A DNA stretch of 64,000 bases, taken from the sequence record PP400786; one strand, given 5' to 3'. The DNA is from Escherichia phage FL12. Position 1 is the stretch's first letter; the number at the start of each line of letters is the position of its first letter. The notes under the pieces were generated by a model that was not told the origin of the DNA, did not search any database, and saw only the letters and a list, made by a program, of their open reading frames with translations. Positions 62,214 through 64,000 of the stretch are shown here, one piece after another. The translations under genes and the position numbers were made by a program.

Positions 62214-64000
62214 TCAGCCAAACAGGAAGTCTAACGAAGCTTTTTCTTCATAGTCCATGCCAGCCGATTCACACATACCCGCAAGCGGTTTAACAAACGA
62301 TTTTTGGAACAAAGTTGAGTAGTCAATCCAAGACAATACATCAGAACGAATTTCTTTTGGAAGTTCTGTACCCGACGGCCAAGCAATGCACTTATCACCA
62401 AATGGATTTCCTTCACGCAATGGAAGAACCATTACCTTATTTCCATCCAAAATTGGAGCTACACCTAGACCACTAACAGCTCGACGATAAGTTAGCACCC
62501 CACGAATGTGGAACGGGCATTTAAATCCTGGCCAACCTTTATCATCATATTTCGCTATATCGTTCGCAGTTTTTACTTCAGCAATAACTTTATAGTCAAG
62601 TTGACGATATTCTTTCTCGAAGTTCTTGTAATATTCTTGGACAGACTCTTCACCTTCCTGAAGAATACGACGAATACTTTCTTCGAGAGCTTCTTGTACT
62701 GCTTTTGGTGTTGAACTCTGTTGAGTTTCCATACCCATGATTTTTAGATGCGGTTCAGCAAATCGCTTATCTTCCATATCATAAACGTTCAGAGCATAAC
62801 GCTTTTTCGCTTTCCAAAATCCACCAACGCCCTTTGAACCAAGCGGAGGGCAAGAAATAGCTTCACGGTCCATATGCATCAGATGCTCGCGGTTATTCAT
62901 ATAATCACATAACTCGCGATATGCAACATCAATCATAGGTTCCATCTTTTTCTTACCGAACTGATTCATGAATTCAACTAAATCGTTCTGCTCTTTGAAT
63001 CGGTCAAGACCAGCTTTTTCAATAACTTTATCTACACAAACATATACCGAATCAGTATCACCTGCTGCGATGAAATCTTCATCATTAGTTCCGCATACTT
63101 TATTCAGATATTCATTAATTTTGCGAGCAATCCACTGAATACCAACTTGACCGAAAATTGTGATAGCAGTAGCATTTCGCAAATCATAGTAGCGGAAATG
63201 AATATTACCAAGAGCACCATAAAGACTGTTAATAAGAATTTTACGGTTCAGCTGATTTGTGTTAGCAAGTGTAGCAGCTTTTTCACATTCTTCAATCAGA
63301 CTATTAAGAACAGATTCGGTGTAATTCGATAATTCGTTTAAGAAATCATCACTGAACTTAACATATCGTTCAACTTCCGGTTTAGTTGAACAAGACCCTG
63401 CACCTTTCATAATAATTTTTTTAATAGCTTCGGCATTCATTTCTTCCGCGAACATTTTCTTTTTCCAGTCTTTACGCTGGAAAAATACTTTAGCGATTTC
63501 CTTTGGAATGATACCTTCTTGATGCTTATCATACATCCATCCATTCGGAGAACAAGAATATTCATCACTCGGTTTAGGAGCTGTTCCTGCAATATATTCA
63601 TGAATTGGATGAACTTTAAACTGCCCACGAATAGTCTCAGGACTAATGTTAACCTGACGAATAATGCTAGGATACAGAGACGTCAAGTCAAAACTCATAA
63701 TATATCGACGAGCAATTGGTTTAGGTTCAAACACAAATGCACCCGGAAAACTTTGTTTAACGTGCGAACCCTGTTGAGGAATAACCTTATGTTCACCTTT
63801 CAATGAGTTAAAAATAATAGCATCCCAAGTTTTAATAGGACTCATTACACCAGAAAAAGGCATTTTAGCATAATAAGACATACTTAAAACTAGATCGATA
63901 AACCCGCGAATTTTATCAATTGCTTGAACTGATTCTACGTCAATGATGTTATAACTAATGTATCGTTGATGATTAGTCTCACGAAGTTTATTAATAGGAC
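62214..64000 (-). CDS. 43: DNA polymerase (family B), C-terminal part; 5' end beyond window
   Basis: Open frame to window edge; ...SFDLTSLYPSIIRQ... (motif A), ...YGDTDS... (motif C), ends ...KASLDFLFG. Confidence 0.9.
   Translation of the reverse strand, partial: PINKLRETNHQRYISYNIIDVESVQAIDKIRGFIDLVLSMSYYAKMPFSGVMSPIKTWDAIIFNSLKGEHKVIPQQGSHVKQSFPGAFVFEPKPIARRYIMSFDLTSLYPSIIRQVNISPETIRGQFKVHPIHEYIAGTAPKPSDEYSCSPNGWMYDKHQEGIIPKEIAKVFFQRKDWKKKMFAEEMNAEAIKKIIMKGAGSCSTKPEVERYVKFSDDFLNELSNYTESVLNSLIEECEKAATLANTNQLNRKILINSLYGALGNIHFRYYDLRNATAITIFGQVGIQWIARKINEYLNKVCGTNDEDFIAAGDTDSVYVCVDKVIEKAGLDRFKEQNDLVEFMNQFGKKKMEPMIDVAYRELCDYMNNREHLMHMDREAISCPPLGSKGVGGFWKAKKRYALNVYDMEDKRFAEPHLKIMGMETQQSSTPKAVQEALEESIRRILQEGEESVQEYYKNFEKEYRQLDYKVIAEVKTANDIAKYDDKGWPGFKCPFHIRGVLTYRRAVSGLGVAPILDGNKVMVLPLREGNPFGDKCIAWPSGTELPKEIRSDVLSWIDYSTLFQKSFVKPLAGMCESAGMDYEEKASLDFLFG

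Overview
This window is a 64-kb segment of a T4-like (Tevenvirinae) myovirus genome, running from the alc/RNA ligase 1 region to the 3' part of the DNA polymerase gene (gene 43, truncated at the window end). Almost all early and middle genes are on the minus strand: rnlA, denA, nrdB, nrdA, td, frd, 32, 59, 33, dsbA, rnh, asiA, arn, motA, 52, stp, ndd, denB, rIIB, rIIA, 39, dexA, dda, srd, modA, modB, soc, 56, 61, sp, dmd, 41, 40, uvsX, a segA-like gene, beta-gt, 42, imm. The long tail fibre late genes 34-35-36-37-38 and holin t are on the plus strand with TATAAATA late promoters. Gene identities rest on recognising the translated ORFs as close matches to well-known T4 proteins; no search was run. 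The most unusual features are at the nrd locus: nrdA is split into two ORFs by a free-standing HNH endonuclease gene, a 530-aa nuclease-like ORF of unknown type sits between nrdA and nrdB, and nrdB carries a group I intron with a degenerate endonuclease ORF. Other departures from T4 are an uninterrupted topoisomerase gene 39 with an HNH gene overlapping its 3' end, an intron-less td, a T2-type gp37/gp38 adhesin module, a frameshifted paralog remnant near gene 61, and repeated hairpin-plus-early-promoter cassettes. No tRNA, rRNA, CRISPR or transposon-like elements were seen. Coordinates of features I derived myself (small ORFs, promoters, hairpins, intron boundaries) are approximate to a few nucleotides.
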